Origin: a virus
Taxonomy: Duplodnaviria > Caudoviricetes
Direction: 5' to 3' (one strand)
Length of the DNA: 64,000 nt
Virus record (IMG/VR): IMGVR_UViG_2767802067_000003
Location: 1-64,000 of that record
Part shown: positions 38,342-46,905 of the stretch, one piece after another
Numbering within the stretch: position 1 is the first letter of the stretch
How the letters are laid out: the number at the start of each line of letters is the position of its first letter
Made by a program: the position numbers and the translations under genes
Notes under the pieces: generated by a model
The model's input: only the letters and a program-made list of their open reading frames with translations
Told to the model about the DNA's origin: nothing
Databases searched by the model: none

Positions 38342-38693
38342 CCTGCTGAAGCTCGGAACGACTGCCTTGACCTGCAAGCTCTGTGGTGCTCCAGCGCTCG
38401 TGCAGTGGCGTCGCCGCCCTACGCCGACGGAACTGACCGCGATGGCGACCCGGATCCCGGCATCCACGGCGGCCGACACAACGGTCACCGTCTACGCCTG
38501 CGGCCCGCACGCCATCAGCATGACCGCCGCGGCGCAGATCCACCAGGCGACGTGCACGGCACCGGACCAAGCCCACCTGCCGAACTGCTCATGTACTCCA
38601 GAACCACTGCCTGCTGCAAGGCCCGCCTTCGCCGCCGGCAGAACCGTCACCTTGGCGACCGGCTGGACGGTTCCTGCCCCCGCGAGCAGCTGA
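38334..38693 (+). CDS. Cys/His-rich partner protein, cassette B2
   Basis: Paralogue of B1. Confidence 0.7.
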   Translation: MSDLLKLGTTALTCKLCGAPALVQWRRRPTPTELTAMATRIPASTAADTTVTVYACGPHAISMTAAAQIHQATCTAPDQAHLPNCSCTPEPLPAARPAFAAGRTVTLATGWTVPAPASS

Positions 38694-38765
38694 CCTCCTC
38701 GTCCCGACTCTCCCGGCCCGCCGCCAACGGGCGGCTGCTGCCGGCAGCATCCCTGGAGGGCCGTC

Positions 38766-39299
38766 ATACCCAACCTTCCCCCCGCACCGACCTGGGCCAC
38801 CCAAGCCCCCGGCGGGTTCGTCACGAGTGCCCTGTGGAATGCCAACGTTTACGGCAACGGCTCCTTCCTGACGAACCCGCCTCTCTTCACAGCTCGTCAG
38901 GTCACCGCTCAGTCCACAGCCAACACCACTAATGCGGCCATGATCTGGGACACCGTCGACACCGACACGTACGGCGGCTTCAATCCCTCGGTGGACGCCA
39001 CCAAGTACCGCGCCCAGCAGCCCGGCACCCTCGACGTCGCCTACAACATCTGCTGGGCCAACAACAGCAACGGCTTCCGCGCGGTGTTCCTGCAGAAGAA
39101 CGGCAGTGGCCTACCCGGTTCCTGGTGCTCCGCCCCGGCGTCGACCTACTACCCCACCTGCGGCGGCTTCTTCCGGGTCCCGGTCGCCGCCGGCGACACC
39201 CTCCAGGTCATCGTCCAGCAGGGCTCAGGAGGTGCCCTGTCCACCGCCGCTCCCGGTCAGGGCGCTCCCTGGTGGTCCATCCGCTGGTCGCACGGCTGA
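38766..39299 (+). CDS. Tail fibre-like protein, cassette A3 (probable ATA start)
   Basis: Homology to the A1/A2 N-terminus (PGGFVTSALWNANVY) extends 58 codons upstream of ATG 38940; GGAGG lies 6 nt before ATA. Confidence 0.65.
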   Translation: MPNLPPAPTWATQAPGGFVTSALWNANVYGNGSFLTNPPLFTARQVTAQSTANTTNAAMIWDTVDTDTYGGFNPSVDATKYRAQQPGTLDVAYNICWANNSNGFRAVFLQKNGSGLPGSWCSAPASTYYPTCGGFFRVPVAAGDTLQVIVQQGSGGALSTAAPGQGAPWWSIRWSHG

Positions 39300-39314
39300 G
39301 AGGAACCCCACCAC

Positions 39315-39728
39315 ATGACCAACGTCCACCCTGCGGTGATCAGCGTCGGGGAGGCGACCTGCGGCATGTGCGGAGCCGGCGCTGTTGTGCAGTGGTGCCG
39401 CCGCCTCACCGCAGCGGAGTTCGCCGCTCACCTTGCCACCGTGAAGGAGGCTCGCAGCCGCGACCGTGCCGACCGAGCCACCAGTGTTGACCTGGAGCTC
39501 TGGCCAACGTCCGTCGACGTCACCATGGCGGTCCGTGCGTGCGCTGATCACGCGATCAGTCTGGAGGCCGCCGCGCAGATCCACAGCGCGGACTGCCCAG
39601 CTCCGCATCAGGACCACCTTCCTGCCTGTGGATGCCGGCCCGAACCGGTCCCCGTCCTGGAGACGCCGAGCGCAGCCGAGGCTGTCCTGCCGCCCAGCTG
39701 GAGCGCGAACAGCCTGCCAACCGCCTGA
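39315..39728 (+). CDS. Cys/His-rich partner protein, cassette B3
   Basis: Paralogue of B1/B2. Confidence 0.7.
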   Translation: MTNVHPAVISVGEATCGMCGAGAVVQWCRRLTAAEFAAHLATVKEARSRDRADRATSVDLELWPTSVDVTMAVRACADHAISLEAAAQIHSADCPAPHQDHLPACGCRPEPVPVLETPSAAEAVLPPSWSANSLPTA

Positions 39729-39741
39729 CGACCACGCCGCA

Positions 39742-39773
39742 CCCCCGACCCGTCGACCGGTCGGGGGCTTTTT
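39742..39773 (+). terminator. Intrinsic terminator
   Basis: CCCCCGACC/GGTCGGGGG stem followed by CTTTTT. Confidence 0.75.
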
Positions 39774-39789
39774 CATCCCAGGAGGCAGC

Positions 39790-40236
39790 TTGACCACCCA
39801 CCCGCACCGCGAGGTCGCCGCACACGACCAGCCGGCCACCCACCGGTACACCATGCACTTCCCGGCCCACGAACCCCGCGAAGACGACCCGCACTACGCG
39901 GCGTTCAACGCCTACCGCAAGCACCACCGCCAGGGCGCGGCCTGCTACGTCGGCGAGCGCGCCGGGCACGACCAGTGCGCCGGAAACCTCGAGCTACATC
40001 ACGCGGTCCTCGAGTTCGCGGTCGCCAACGCCGCCGACGCCGAGGCCCTGCACAAGGACTTCCCCGAGATCAGCGAGCACGCCACTGCCGAGGAGATAAC
40101 CGACTGGGCCGAGTCTTCGCCGGGCCAGTTCCGCTGGTTGTGCGCCTTCCACCACAGGGGTGCCGGCGGCGCGCACACCGCCAGCCACGCCGACTGGACC
40201 GCGCAGCTCTACGTCCCGGGGCTGATCAGCCGATGA
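39790..40236 (+). CDS. HNH-like protein
   Basis: C...C...LELHH...LCxxHH...GxH pattern. Confidence 0.55.
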   Translation: MTTHPHREVAAHDQPATHRYTMHFPAHEPREDDPHYAAFNAYRKHHRQGAACYVGERAGHDQCAGNLELHHAVLEFAVANAADAEALHKDFPEISEHATAEEITDWAESSPGQFRWLCAFHHRGAGGAHTASHADWTAQLYVPGLISR

Positions 40237-40577
40237 GCAACCTGACCAGCTTCAATGAGCGCCTGGCCGTCCTCGTCACCCGCGGGTTCGGCACGATGTG
40301 GGCCTTCTACGCCTTCACCATGTACGGCCTGCTGCCACTGCTGCTCCCCGCCGCGCAGGACCGCCTCCTGTACTGGTCCAACGTCATCCAGCTGGTGGCC
40401 CTGCCGCTGCTGATGGTCGGCCAGACCGTGCTCGGCCGCGCCGCAGAGCGCCAGGCCGGAGAGACCCACGACGCGGTCATGGAGGAGCTGTCTCTTCTGC
40501 GGCAGGCCCACGACGAGCTCAAGCAGATCGTCACCGCCGCGCCCAAGGATCCGGCACCGGCAGGGGAGGCACTCTGA
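40233..40577 (+). CDS. Two-TM membrane protein (DUF1003-like), holin candidate
   Basis: NERLAVLVT..FGTMW; two hydrophobic segments; directly upstream of the lysin. Confidence 0.6.
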   Translation: MSNLTSFNERLAVLVTRGFGTMWAFYAFTMYGLLPLLLPAAQDRLLYWSNVIQLVALPLLMVGQTVLGRAAERQAGETHDAVMEELSLLRQAHDELKQIVTAAPKDPAPAGEAL

Positions 40578-42304
40578 TGCCCAACGCTCGAGGCTACGAC
40601 GTCTCTGACTACCAGGATTCGATCCCCGCCGACGCCGAGTTCGCCATCATCAAGGCAACCGAAGGCGCGCACACCGACCAGCAGGGCTACCGGGCCAAGC
40701 TCGCCGACGCGCGCGGCCGCAGCCTCGTCATCGGCCACTACCACTTCTTCCACGCCGAAAACGACGTCCAGGGCGAGGTCGACCACTTCTGCGCGGTCGT
40801 CGGGGACATCCCGTCCGGTGAGTTCCTGGCTCTCGACTTCGAACCGTACGGCCAGGATGTCGACGACACCACGGCCACCGACCGTAAGAACCAGTGGCTC
40901 GCACAGGTGAAGGCCCGTTACCCAGGGCACCAGGTCGGCCTGTACGCCAACCTCGACTGGTGGCACCGCACCGACGACGAGTGCGGCGACTTCCTGTGGA
41001 TCGCCGACTACGACTCCCCGCCCGGCGCCCCAGCCGTCCAACATCCGTGGGCGTTCCACCAGACCACTGACGCCCCGATCGACACGAACCTCTACAACGG
41101 CACGGTCGACCAACTGCATGCCTGGGCCGGCGTGCCCACGCCGACACCGCCAGCCCCCGCCCCGGACCCCGCGTCCCAGCCGGACACGACCCCCACTGAG
41201 GCCCCGCCCTCGAGCCCCACTCCGCAGTGGAAGCAGCTCCTGGACCACGTCGCATCCATCCCCGAGCAGATCTACGAGGGCTGGAACCCCAACGGAGGCT
41301 ACGACAACCACACGCCGTTCGGGACGGAGTACGGGGAGGACGGCGTCTCGTGGTGCGTCGAGTACTGCTGGGACATGTACCACGACACCGGCCTCGACTC
41401 GGCCGTGCCGAAGACCGACAACGTCACCGCCTTCTCCGACTGGGCCAAGCAGCACGGCCAGTGGTCGCTCTACCCGTCCATCGGAGCATGGGTCAACCTC
41501 GGCGACGGCCAGCACTGCGAGATCGTCACCGGTTGGGACGGCGACACCGTCTACACCAAGGGCGGCAACAGCATCGAGGCTGGCTCCCAGGACAGCGGGC
41601 AGGGCAACGGGGTGTGGTCGCACGCAACGCCACGCCGAGCGGCCCGCGTCACCGGGTACTTCGCCCCAACGTTCCCGGACCACATTGCCCCGCCCACCGC
41701 AGACCCGCAGGACTACCGCGGCGGACCCGCCGTCGACTCCTTCAACGTCCCCAGCGCACAGCTCACACCTGCTCCCGCCCCGACGCCGACCCCCGCCCGC
41801 TACCAGGTCACCATCGCTGGCCTCCGGTACGGCTACGGCGCCGTCGGTGATCAGGTCACTGTTGTCGGACGAGCCCTGGTCGCTGCCGGGCACGGCACCC
41901 ACTACCAGGTTGGTCCCGGCCCGGCGTGGGGCGACGCGGACACCCTGAACTACCAGGATTACCAGCTCAGCATCGGACTGCAGGGGACCGCCCCGCACCA
42001 GGACGCCGACGGCGTCCCGGGCCCGGAATCGCTGCGCCGACTTCTCGGCTACCTCCCCGGAGAGGTGCCGCCGTTCCCTGGCCGGCAGGCCTTCGCGGAC
42101 GGCCAGTCCAACCAGTACGTGCTGATGCTCGGTGAGCAGCTGGTCCGCAAGGGCTACGGCAGCCACTACCGCATCGGCCCGTCCCCGGCCTGGAGCGAGG
42201 CCGACCGGCTCAACGTCGCCGACTTCCAGCACGCCCAGGGCTGGAACGGCTCGAGCGCCGACGGCTACCCCGGCCCCGAGACCTGGCGCCTCTTGTTCAC
42301 CTGA
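40577..42304 (+). CDS. Endolysin: GH25 muramidase + CHAP-like domain + two cell-wall-binding repeats
   Basis: DVSDYQ, IKATEG, LDFE (GH25); SWC...HCEIV...GGN (CHAP); two ADG.PG..S/TW..L repeats. Confidence 0.9.
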   Translation: MPNARGYDVSDYQDSIPADAEFAIIKATEGAHTDQQGYRAKLADARGRSLVIGHYHFFHAENDVQGEVDHFCAVVGDIPSGEFLALDFEPYGQDVDDTTATDRKNQWLAQVKARYPGHQVGLYANLDWWHRTDDECGDFLWIADYDSPPGAPAVQHPWAFHQTTDAPIDTNLYNGTVDQLHAWAGVPTPTPPAPAPDPASQPDTTPTEAPPSSPTPQWKQLLDHVASIPEQIYEGWNPNGGYDNHTPFGTEYGEDGVSWCVEYCWDMYHDTGLDSAVPKTDNVTAFSDWAKQHGQWSLYPSIGAWVNLGDGQHCEIVTGWDGDTVYTKGGNSIEAGSQDSGQGNGVWSHATPRRAARVTGYFAPTFPDHIAPPTADPQDYRGGPAVDSFNVPSAQLTPAPAPTPTPARYQVTIAGLRYGYGAVGDQVTVVGRALVAAGHGTHYQVGPGPAWGDADTLNYQDYQLSIGLQGTAPHQDADGVPGPESLRRLLGYLPGEVPPFPGRQAFADGQSNQYVLMLGEQLVRKGYGSHYRIGPSPAWSEADRLNVADFQHAQGWNGSSADGYPGPETWRLLFT

Positions 42305-42376
42305 CCCACCCTCACCCCGTTCAGCCCCCGTGGCCGCTGGCCCGGGGGCTCACTCATGCCCTCCAAGGAGGCACCC

Positions 42377-42556
42377 ATGGGCGCACCCCGCCCCACCGAC
42401 CCCAACCCGAGCCAGGCGCAGCAGGCCGTACTGCTCACCGAGAGCGGCAACGGCCCCACCACTCCCGACGAGGCCGCGCTTCTGGCTGCGAAGTTCGGCC
42501 AGCCCAACAGCGCCGGCGTCTACGGCGCTCCCACCACCGGAGGGAACCCCGCATGA
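42377..42556 (+). CDS. Small lysis-region protein
   Basis: AAGGAGG RBS; coupled to the second lysin. Confidence 0.55.
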   Translation: MGAPRPTDPNPSQAQQAVLLTESGNGPTTPDEAALLAAKFGQPNSAGVYGAPTTGGNPA

Positions 42557-43299
42557 GCGTGGAAACCATGATCTCCCAGGCCGAGAAGAGCCTGGGGCTG
42601 AGTGGCCGACCCAACTACATCACTGAGGACTACGCCTCCAGGGACGGCCAGGAGTTCGCCGATGCGCCGTGGTGCGACGAAGGGATCACCTACTGGGCCC
42701 GGCAGAGCGGCGAGTTCTCCGCGGTGTGCTTCGACACCGACTACGCGTACACCGTCGCCCACGCTGTCCGTTTCCAGGAGGCCGACCAGTGGCACGACGG
42801 CACCGACGGCATACAGCGCGGTGACGTCGTCTTCTTCGACTGGGACGGCGACCTGAGCGTCGGCGCAATCGACCACGTTGGTCTGGTCACCGACACCGAC
42901 GGCAGCGGCAACGTCTACACCATCGAGGCCAACACCGGGAACGCCGTCGCCCGCCGAGTGCGGACCGCTGCCGTGATCGTCGGCTACGGCCGCCCCCAGT
43001 ACAGCGACCAGGCCTCTCCGGCCCCCGCCCCGGTCCCGGCGCCCGCCGGACCGGCGTGGCCGGGCGAGTACCTGCGCCAGCAGAGCCCCATGCTCCACGA
43101 CGAGATCGTTCGAACCTGGCAGCAGCAGATGGCCAACCGCGGTTGGCGCATCACCGTCGACGGCTGGTACGGCCCCGCCAGCGCGAGCATCTGCCGGCAG
43201 TTCCAGCAGGACTCCACGAACCACGGCTGGCCGCTGACCGTCGACGGCATCGTGGGGCCCGCGACCTGGACCGCGTCCTGGAACCGACCTGTCAGCTGA
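42553..43299 (+). CDS. Second endolysin: CHAP + peptidoglycan-binding domain
   Basis: PWC...PxxGDVVFFDW...DHVGLV...TIEAN; VDGxxGPxT repeats. Confidence 0.9.
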   Translation: MSVETMISQAEKSLGLSGRPNYITEDYASRDGQEFADAPWCDEGITYWARQSGEFSAVCFDTDYAYTVAHAVRFQEADQWHDGTDGIQRGDVVFFDWDGDLSVGAIDHVGLVTDTDGSGNVYTIEANTGNAVARRVRTAAVIVGYGRPQYSDQASPAPAPVPAPAGPAWPGEYLRQQSPMLHDEIVRTWQQQMANRGWRITVDGWYGPASASICRQFQQDSTNHGWPLTVDGIVGPATWTASWNRPVS

Positions 43300-43318
43300 C
43301 CCACCCAGGAGGTAGCAA

Positions 43319-43630
43319 GTGGACCTTGCGACGGCTGCCGGCCAGGCCGATGCCCTCGCGGTCTGGTGCGGCGCGGTCGCTGCGGTGTGTGCCGTCGCAG
43401 GCATCCTGTGGCGGGCGACGCGTGCCCTGCATCACGCCGCGCGCAATGTCGAGGACTTCGTGCGGGACTGGGCTGGTAACGACGAACACCCGGGCGTCAT
43501 CCACCGGCTCGACACCATCGAGGACACGATCAACCGCATCGATCACGAGCTTCACCCCAACTCCGGCGGCAGCCTTCGAGATGCCGTCGACCGGGTCGAC
43601 AAGCGCACTCAGCACCTTGACGGCACGTAG
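43319..43630 (+). CDS. Single-TM lysis-cassette protein (holin/accessory)
   Basis: N-terminal TM segment, then coiled coil and PNSGGSLRDAVDR motif. Confidence 0.65.
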   Translation: MDLATAAGQADALAVWCGAVAAVCAVAGILWRATRALHHAARNVEDFVRDWAGNDEHPGVIHRLDTIEDTINRIDHELHPNSGGSLRDAVDRVDKRTQHLDGT

Positions 43631-43635
43631 GCGGC

Positions 43636-43673
43636 CTGGTGCGGCACCCACCGATCAGTGGGTGCCGCACCAG
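43636..43673. terminator. Hairpin ending the late operon
   Basis: 15-bp perfect stem CTGGTGCGGCACCCA/TGGGTGCCGCACCAG. Confidence 0.7.
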
Positions 43674-43679
43674 CCGGTG

Positions 43680-43723
43680 TGTCCGATACGGTCTTGCACT
43701 AATAGGAGCGCCCAGGCTCCCTG
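43680..43723 (+). repeat. Left copy of 44-bp inverted repeat
   Basis: TGTCCGATACGGTCTTGCACTAATAGGAGCGCCCAGGCTCCCTG; 39/44 identical to the reverse complement of 56428-56471. Confidence 0.9.
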
Positions 43724-43740
43724 AAAGCTTCTGAGAACTG

Positions 43741-43782
43741 GGCTCTGCTACTGGGGGAGGGGGCCGTCCCAGTAGCAGAGCC
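43741..43782. terminator. Hairpin downstream of the minus-strand gene
   Basis: 15-bp stem GGCTCTGCTACTGGG/CCCAGTAGCAGAGCC. Confidence 0.65.
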
Positions 43783-43787
43783 GGATG

Positions 43788-44390
43788 TCAGTGGTCCGGG
43801 ATGAGGGTGGGATCGGGGGCGATTGTGGTAGCGCGGGCAAGCGGGTCGGCGATCACCTGGCGCAGGGCCTGGTCGTCCCAGCCGCGCATCATCGCCACCA
43901 CGTCGAGGGCCATGCACGCCGTCTGCCAGTCCTCGGGCAGGTCCGGCCACATCCGCAGCAGGAAGGCCTTCGCCGCGCGGTAGGCGTCTGTGCGCACGCG
44001 CTCGTCCTCGTCGGCGCACCAAACCCTGCGAGCCCGCACGGCGACCATGGCCTCGACCGGGTACCAACCGGGCGGTGCCTCGTCCGGGCGGGCCGGGCGG
44101 CGCGGACGAAGTACGACGACGTCCGCCCACGCGGGGTAGGTCTCGTTGGTCTCCTGCCGGGTGAGGGCCTGGGCGGAGTTGGCGACCAGGGCGGCGAGGA
44201 CTTCCTCGGCGGGGGCGGTGAAGTCGGGCCGGGGTCCGACCGGAAGGCTGGTGGACAGGAGGTAGCCGATGGTGGAGACCTTCAGGTCGCGGCCCTCGGC
44301 GAGGCGGCGGCGGGCTTGCATGAAGGTCTCGCCGGTGAGGCGCTGGCGGGCGCGGATTTCCTGCTTGCCGGGGTAGTTGTGCTCGGTCAT
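43788..44390 (-). CDS. Hypothetical protein with basic N-terminal IRARQxxTGE...ARR motif
   Basis: ATG at 44390; coding-like. Confidence 0.7.
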   Translation of the reverse strand: MTEHNYPGKQEIRARQRLTGETFMQARRRLAEGRDLKVSTIGYLLSTSLPVGPRPDFTAPAEEVLAALVANSAQALTRQETNETYPAWADVVVLRPRRPARPDEAPPGWYPVEAMVAVRARRVWCADEDERVRTDAYRAAKAFLLRMWPDLPEDWQTACMALDVVAMMRGWDDQALRQVIADPLARATTIAPDPTLIPDH

Positions 44391-44500
44391 CGTCGCGTCG
44401 TCTCTGGCCGCGCGTCCCACGCCCGCGCCGGCCGGGTCAACGGGACGGCGAAGAGCAACCGCGGTTGGAGAGCCTTGATCGCTGGCCGGAGGCGTGGGCA
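44391..44500 (-). ncRNA. Candidate structured leader RNA, copy 1
   Basis: CCCACGCC...CGATCAAGG...GGCGTGGG, ending about 26 nt before ATG. Confidence 0.4.
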
Positions 44501-44632
44501 CGGGTACCGGCGTGGATGACGGGACGCCGCGGAGCGCCCCCGCTGGAGACGTTACCCCGTCGGGGGGAACCGGCGCGGGTGAACGCGCCGATTCCCCTGG
44601 TGTTGATGCCCGGTGCCGCCCGGCGCGGGCCT

Positions 44633-45127
44633 TCAGCGACCGCGTCGGCCGGAACGCTTCTTGCCAGCGCGGGCGCGACTGCTGGCGCCCGACGAGCGGG
44701 GTGCTGACTCCAGCGCGGGCGGTGGGCAGGTGGGACACCAGACTGCGGTGACGGACATCGGCCCGGCCGGCGCCGCGTACTCGACTCCGCCTTCCAGCGT
44801 GCCCCGGGCCCCGCACCCCTGGCAGGTGCGGGCCTCCTTCAGCCTGCGCGCCAGATCGCACGGCGGGCAGCACACCGTCTCCGGCGCCTCGATCCACAGC
44901 ACCGTAGGCGTTGAGACGAGCCGGTCTTCCCGGATATGCGCGCATCGTCGTGCCGTTCCGGCCCAGACTGCGGCCACGAGGGCTTCCATGGCCGGGCGTT
45001 GCCAGGTCGGTGAGCCCACGGAAACTGGAGCGGAGGCCCCTCGGGCGGTCAGGAAGGCATCACTCTCGGCGGCCGCGGCGTCGATTTGGTCGCGCAACGC
45101 GGAATCGGCGGGGTTGTTCTTCGTCAT
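44633..45127 (-). CDS. Cys-rich hypothetical protein
   Basis: CxH, CxxC, CxxC, CxxC motifs. Confidence 0.6.
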   Translation of the reverse strand: MTKNNPADSALRDQIDAAAAESDAFLTARGASAPVSVGSPTWQRPAMEALVAAVWAGTARRCAHIREDRLVSTPTVLWIEAPETVCCPPCDLARRLKEARTCQGCGARGTLEGGVEYAAPAGPMSVTAVWCPTCPPPALESAPRSSGASSRARAGKKRSGRRGR

Positions 45128-45373
45128 GGCGAAGACAGTAAACCCACAACTACCCATCGTAGAGCCAGAATTGGGCCCGTGCAATTTCGTATCTCGGGAG
45201 CGGGCGATTGTGTCCGGAACCGCTTTCCCCGCTGGCTGGAACCCGACCCGACGGCCACCCGCGATGGCCCCAGACACCGATCCGCGTCGCGTCGTCCGCA
45301 TCCGCTCAGGACTGCCATGGGCCGGTACAGTAGGCCGTGGCTGGACACGCACGCCGATCGTCGCTGCCGCCCC

Positions 45374-45492
45374 GTCCCACGCCGGGAGAGCACCGTTCGA
45401 CCAAGGGGTCCCACCCGACGCCCGTGGTGAATTCACCGTGCCCTTCTCCGGGCGGGGTGCGTGGGCGACCCGCCGGATGTGAGAGCACCGTT
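45374..45492 (+). ncRNA. Candidate structured leader RNA, copy 2
   Basis: CCCACGCC...CGACCAAGG...GCGTGGG, ending about 28 nt before GTG; GAGAGCACCGTT repeated at 45386 and 45481. Confidence 0.4.
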
Positions 45493-46440
45493 GTGACCAA
45501 GCAGAACCAGTCCCGTGCCGGCCGCCGTGCCCGTAAGGCGCAGCAAGACGGCTCCACTGCCCAGTACACCGAACTGCTGCGTGCTGGAGGCAAGGAGCCG
45601 GACGCTCGGCCAGCCGTCCCGATCGCGTCAGCTACGCCGGGCGGTGAAGGCAAGACGACCCACGCCGTTGACCTTCGAGCGGGCCTGGCTGAGTACGGCC
45701 AGCGTGTAGTCCTGGTCGACCTCGACTCGCAGAACGACGCCCGGCTCAGCGCGGCCTCTCAGGAGGAGCCAGCTGGCGGCTGGCCCTACCGGCTGGTCGA
45801 TGCCCAGTGGCAGGGCTGGCTCACTGCGGGGAACGGACTGTACCGGGCGTCCTCCAGCCTGAACAGGCCGGGCTTGGAGGAGCCGTGGCCCTACGCCCGG
45901 ATCGTCGCCGAGCGCGGCCCCGTGCGCCCCGTCAACCACCCGGTCGAGGGCGACGACTCCACGGAGAGGCTGGCCGCGCTGTGGGACAAGGCGGGTCGGA
46001 AGGCGGTCGCGTCCACCCTGGTGGCGCTGTACCGGGCGGTGCTGCGCTTTCCGGCGTCCCTCTACGGCCCGCATCCGCTGACCTCCGGGCGGGAGGGCAG
46101 CTGGGAGTCCGCCCGGCTCTTGAACCTGGCCTACACCGTCGGCGGCGACCTGGATGATCGGCCGAAGCGGTTCGACCCGGAGGTCGCCGATGGCGTCGCG
46201 GACGTTCTGGAAGGCTGGGTGCGGCGTCCCGAGACGTACACCGAGGTCGCGGAGAACCTTGCTGGCATCTTCGGCCGATACGCCGACCGTGCCGGCGGCT
46301 GGACGAAGGTTGCCGATCAGTGGCTGCAGCCCGGCGCCCGCGCCGGCCACGATCCTGACACCGTCTTCGCGGTCGGCTCCTGGCTGCTCTTGGGCTCCTC
46401 CGAGCATCTGCAGGCGTTCCTGGACTCCGCGCACCGGTAG
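45493..46440 (+). CDS. Chimeric protein with a truncated ParA-type Walker A segment
   Basis: GGEGKTTHAVDL...G.RVVLVDLDSQ; remainder not ParA-like. Confidence 0.6.
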   Translation: MTKQNQSRAGRRARKAQQDGSTAQYTELLRAGGKEPDARPAVPIASATPGGEGKTTHAVDLRAGLAEYGQRVVLVDLDSQNDARLSAASQEEPAGGWPYRLVDAQWQGWLTAGNGLYRASSSLNRPGLEEPWPYARIVAERGPVRPVNHPVEGDDSTERLAALWDKAGRKAVASTLVALYRAVLRFPASLYGPHPLTSGREGSWESARLLNLAYTVGGDLDDRPKRFDPEVADGVADVLEGWVRRPETYTEVAENLAGIFGRYADRAGGWTKVADQWLQPGARAGHDPDTVFAVGSWLLLGSSEHLQAFLDSAHR

Positions 46441-46561
46441 TCGGTAGCGCGGCGGGCAGCGGTGCCAGACCACCGCTGCCGGCCGCGGCCGCCGGGCTGT
46501 CGGCGGCTCCGGCTAACCTGTCCGAGACCCTGCAACACCCGCACCTGCGCGAGGATCTTCG

Positions 46562-46882
46562 ATGGCTCTGGAAATCAAGTCGACCGACGACCCTCGCAGC
46601 ATGGAGCTCCACGACGAGACGGGCCGGGTCGGATTGCTCTTCTATGTCGGCCCTGATGAGGGGGATCCGGACGACAGCGCCGTGGGGTGGGTGGCTCGGG
46701 TGCACGGCTTCGCCTACAGCGGCAGCCAGGAGACCAAGTTCTGCAACTCTGCACCTGAGGCGTTCGCCGAGGCGCTTCCGCTGTACGACCAGGTTTTGGA
46801 GCAGCGCCGGACGGCCGAGCGCTTCCACAAGAACCAGCCGGTCCACATGATCAGTACCCCGATGGGCGGCCAGCCCCGCTGA
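46562..46882 (+). CDS. Hypothetical protein
   Basis: 106 aa, coding-like. Confidence 0.6.
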   Translation: MALEIKSTDDPRSMELHDETGRVGLLFYVGPDEGDPDDSAVGWVARVHGFAYSGSQETKFCNSAPEAFAEALPLYDQVLEQRRTAERFHKNQPVHMISTPMGGQPR

Positions 46883-46905
46883 GGGCCGTGCCGCGCTACC
46901 GCTGG

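Noticed and set aside
36893-39728. Diversity-generating retroelement or shufflon acting on the tail cassettes
   Set aside because: No reverse transcriptase, no near-identical TR/VR pair differing at adenines, and all cassettes lie in the same orientation with no flanking crossover repeats that I could see.
43676-43742. Half-matches to SloxP (GTGTCCGATA) and VloxP (TTCTGAGAACTG) arms
   Set aside because: Only one arm in each case, with no inverted partner at 8-bp spacing; treated as coincidence or unresolved.
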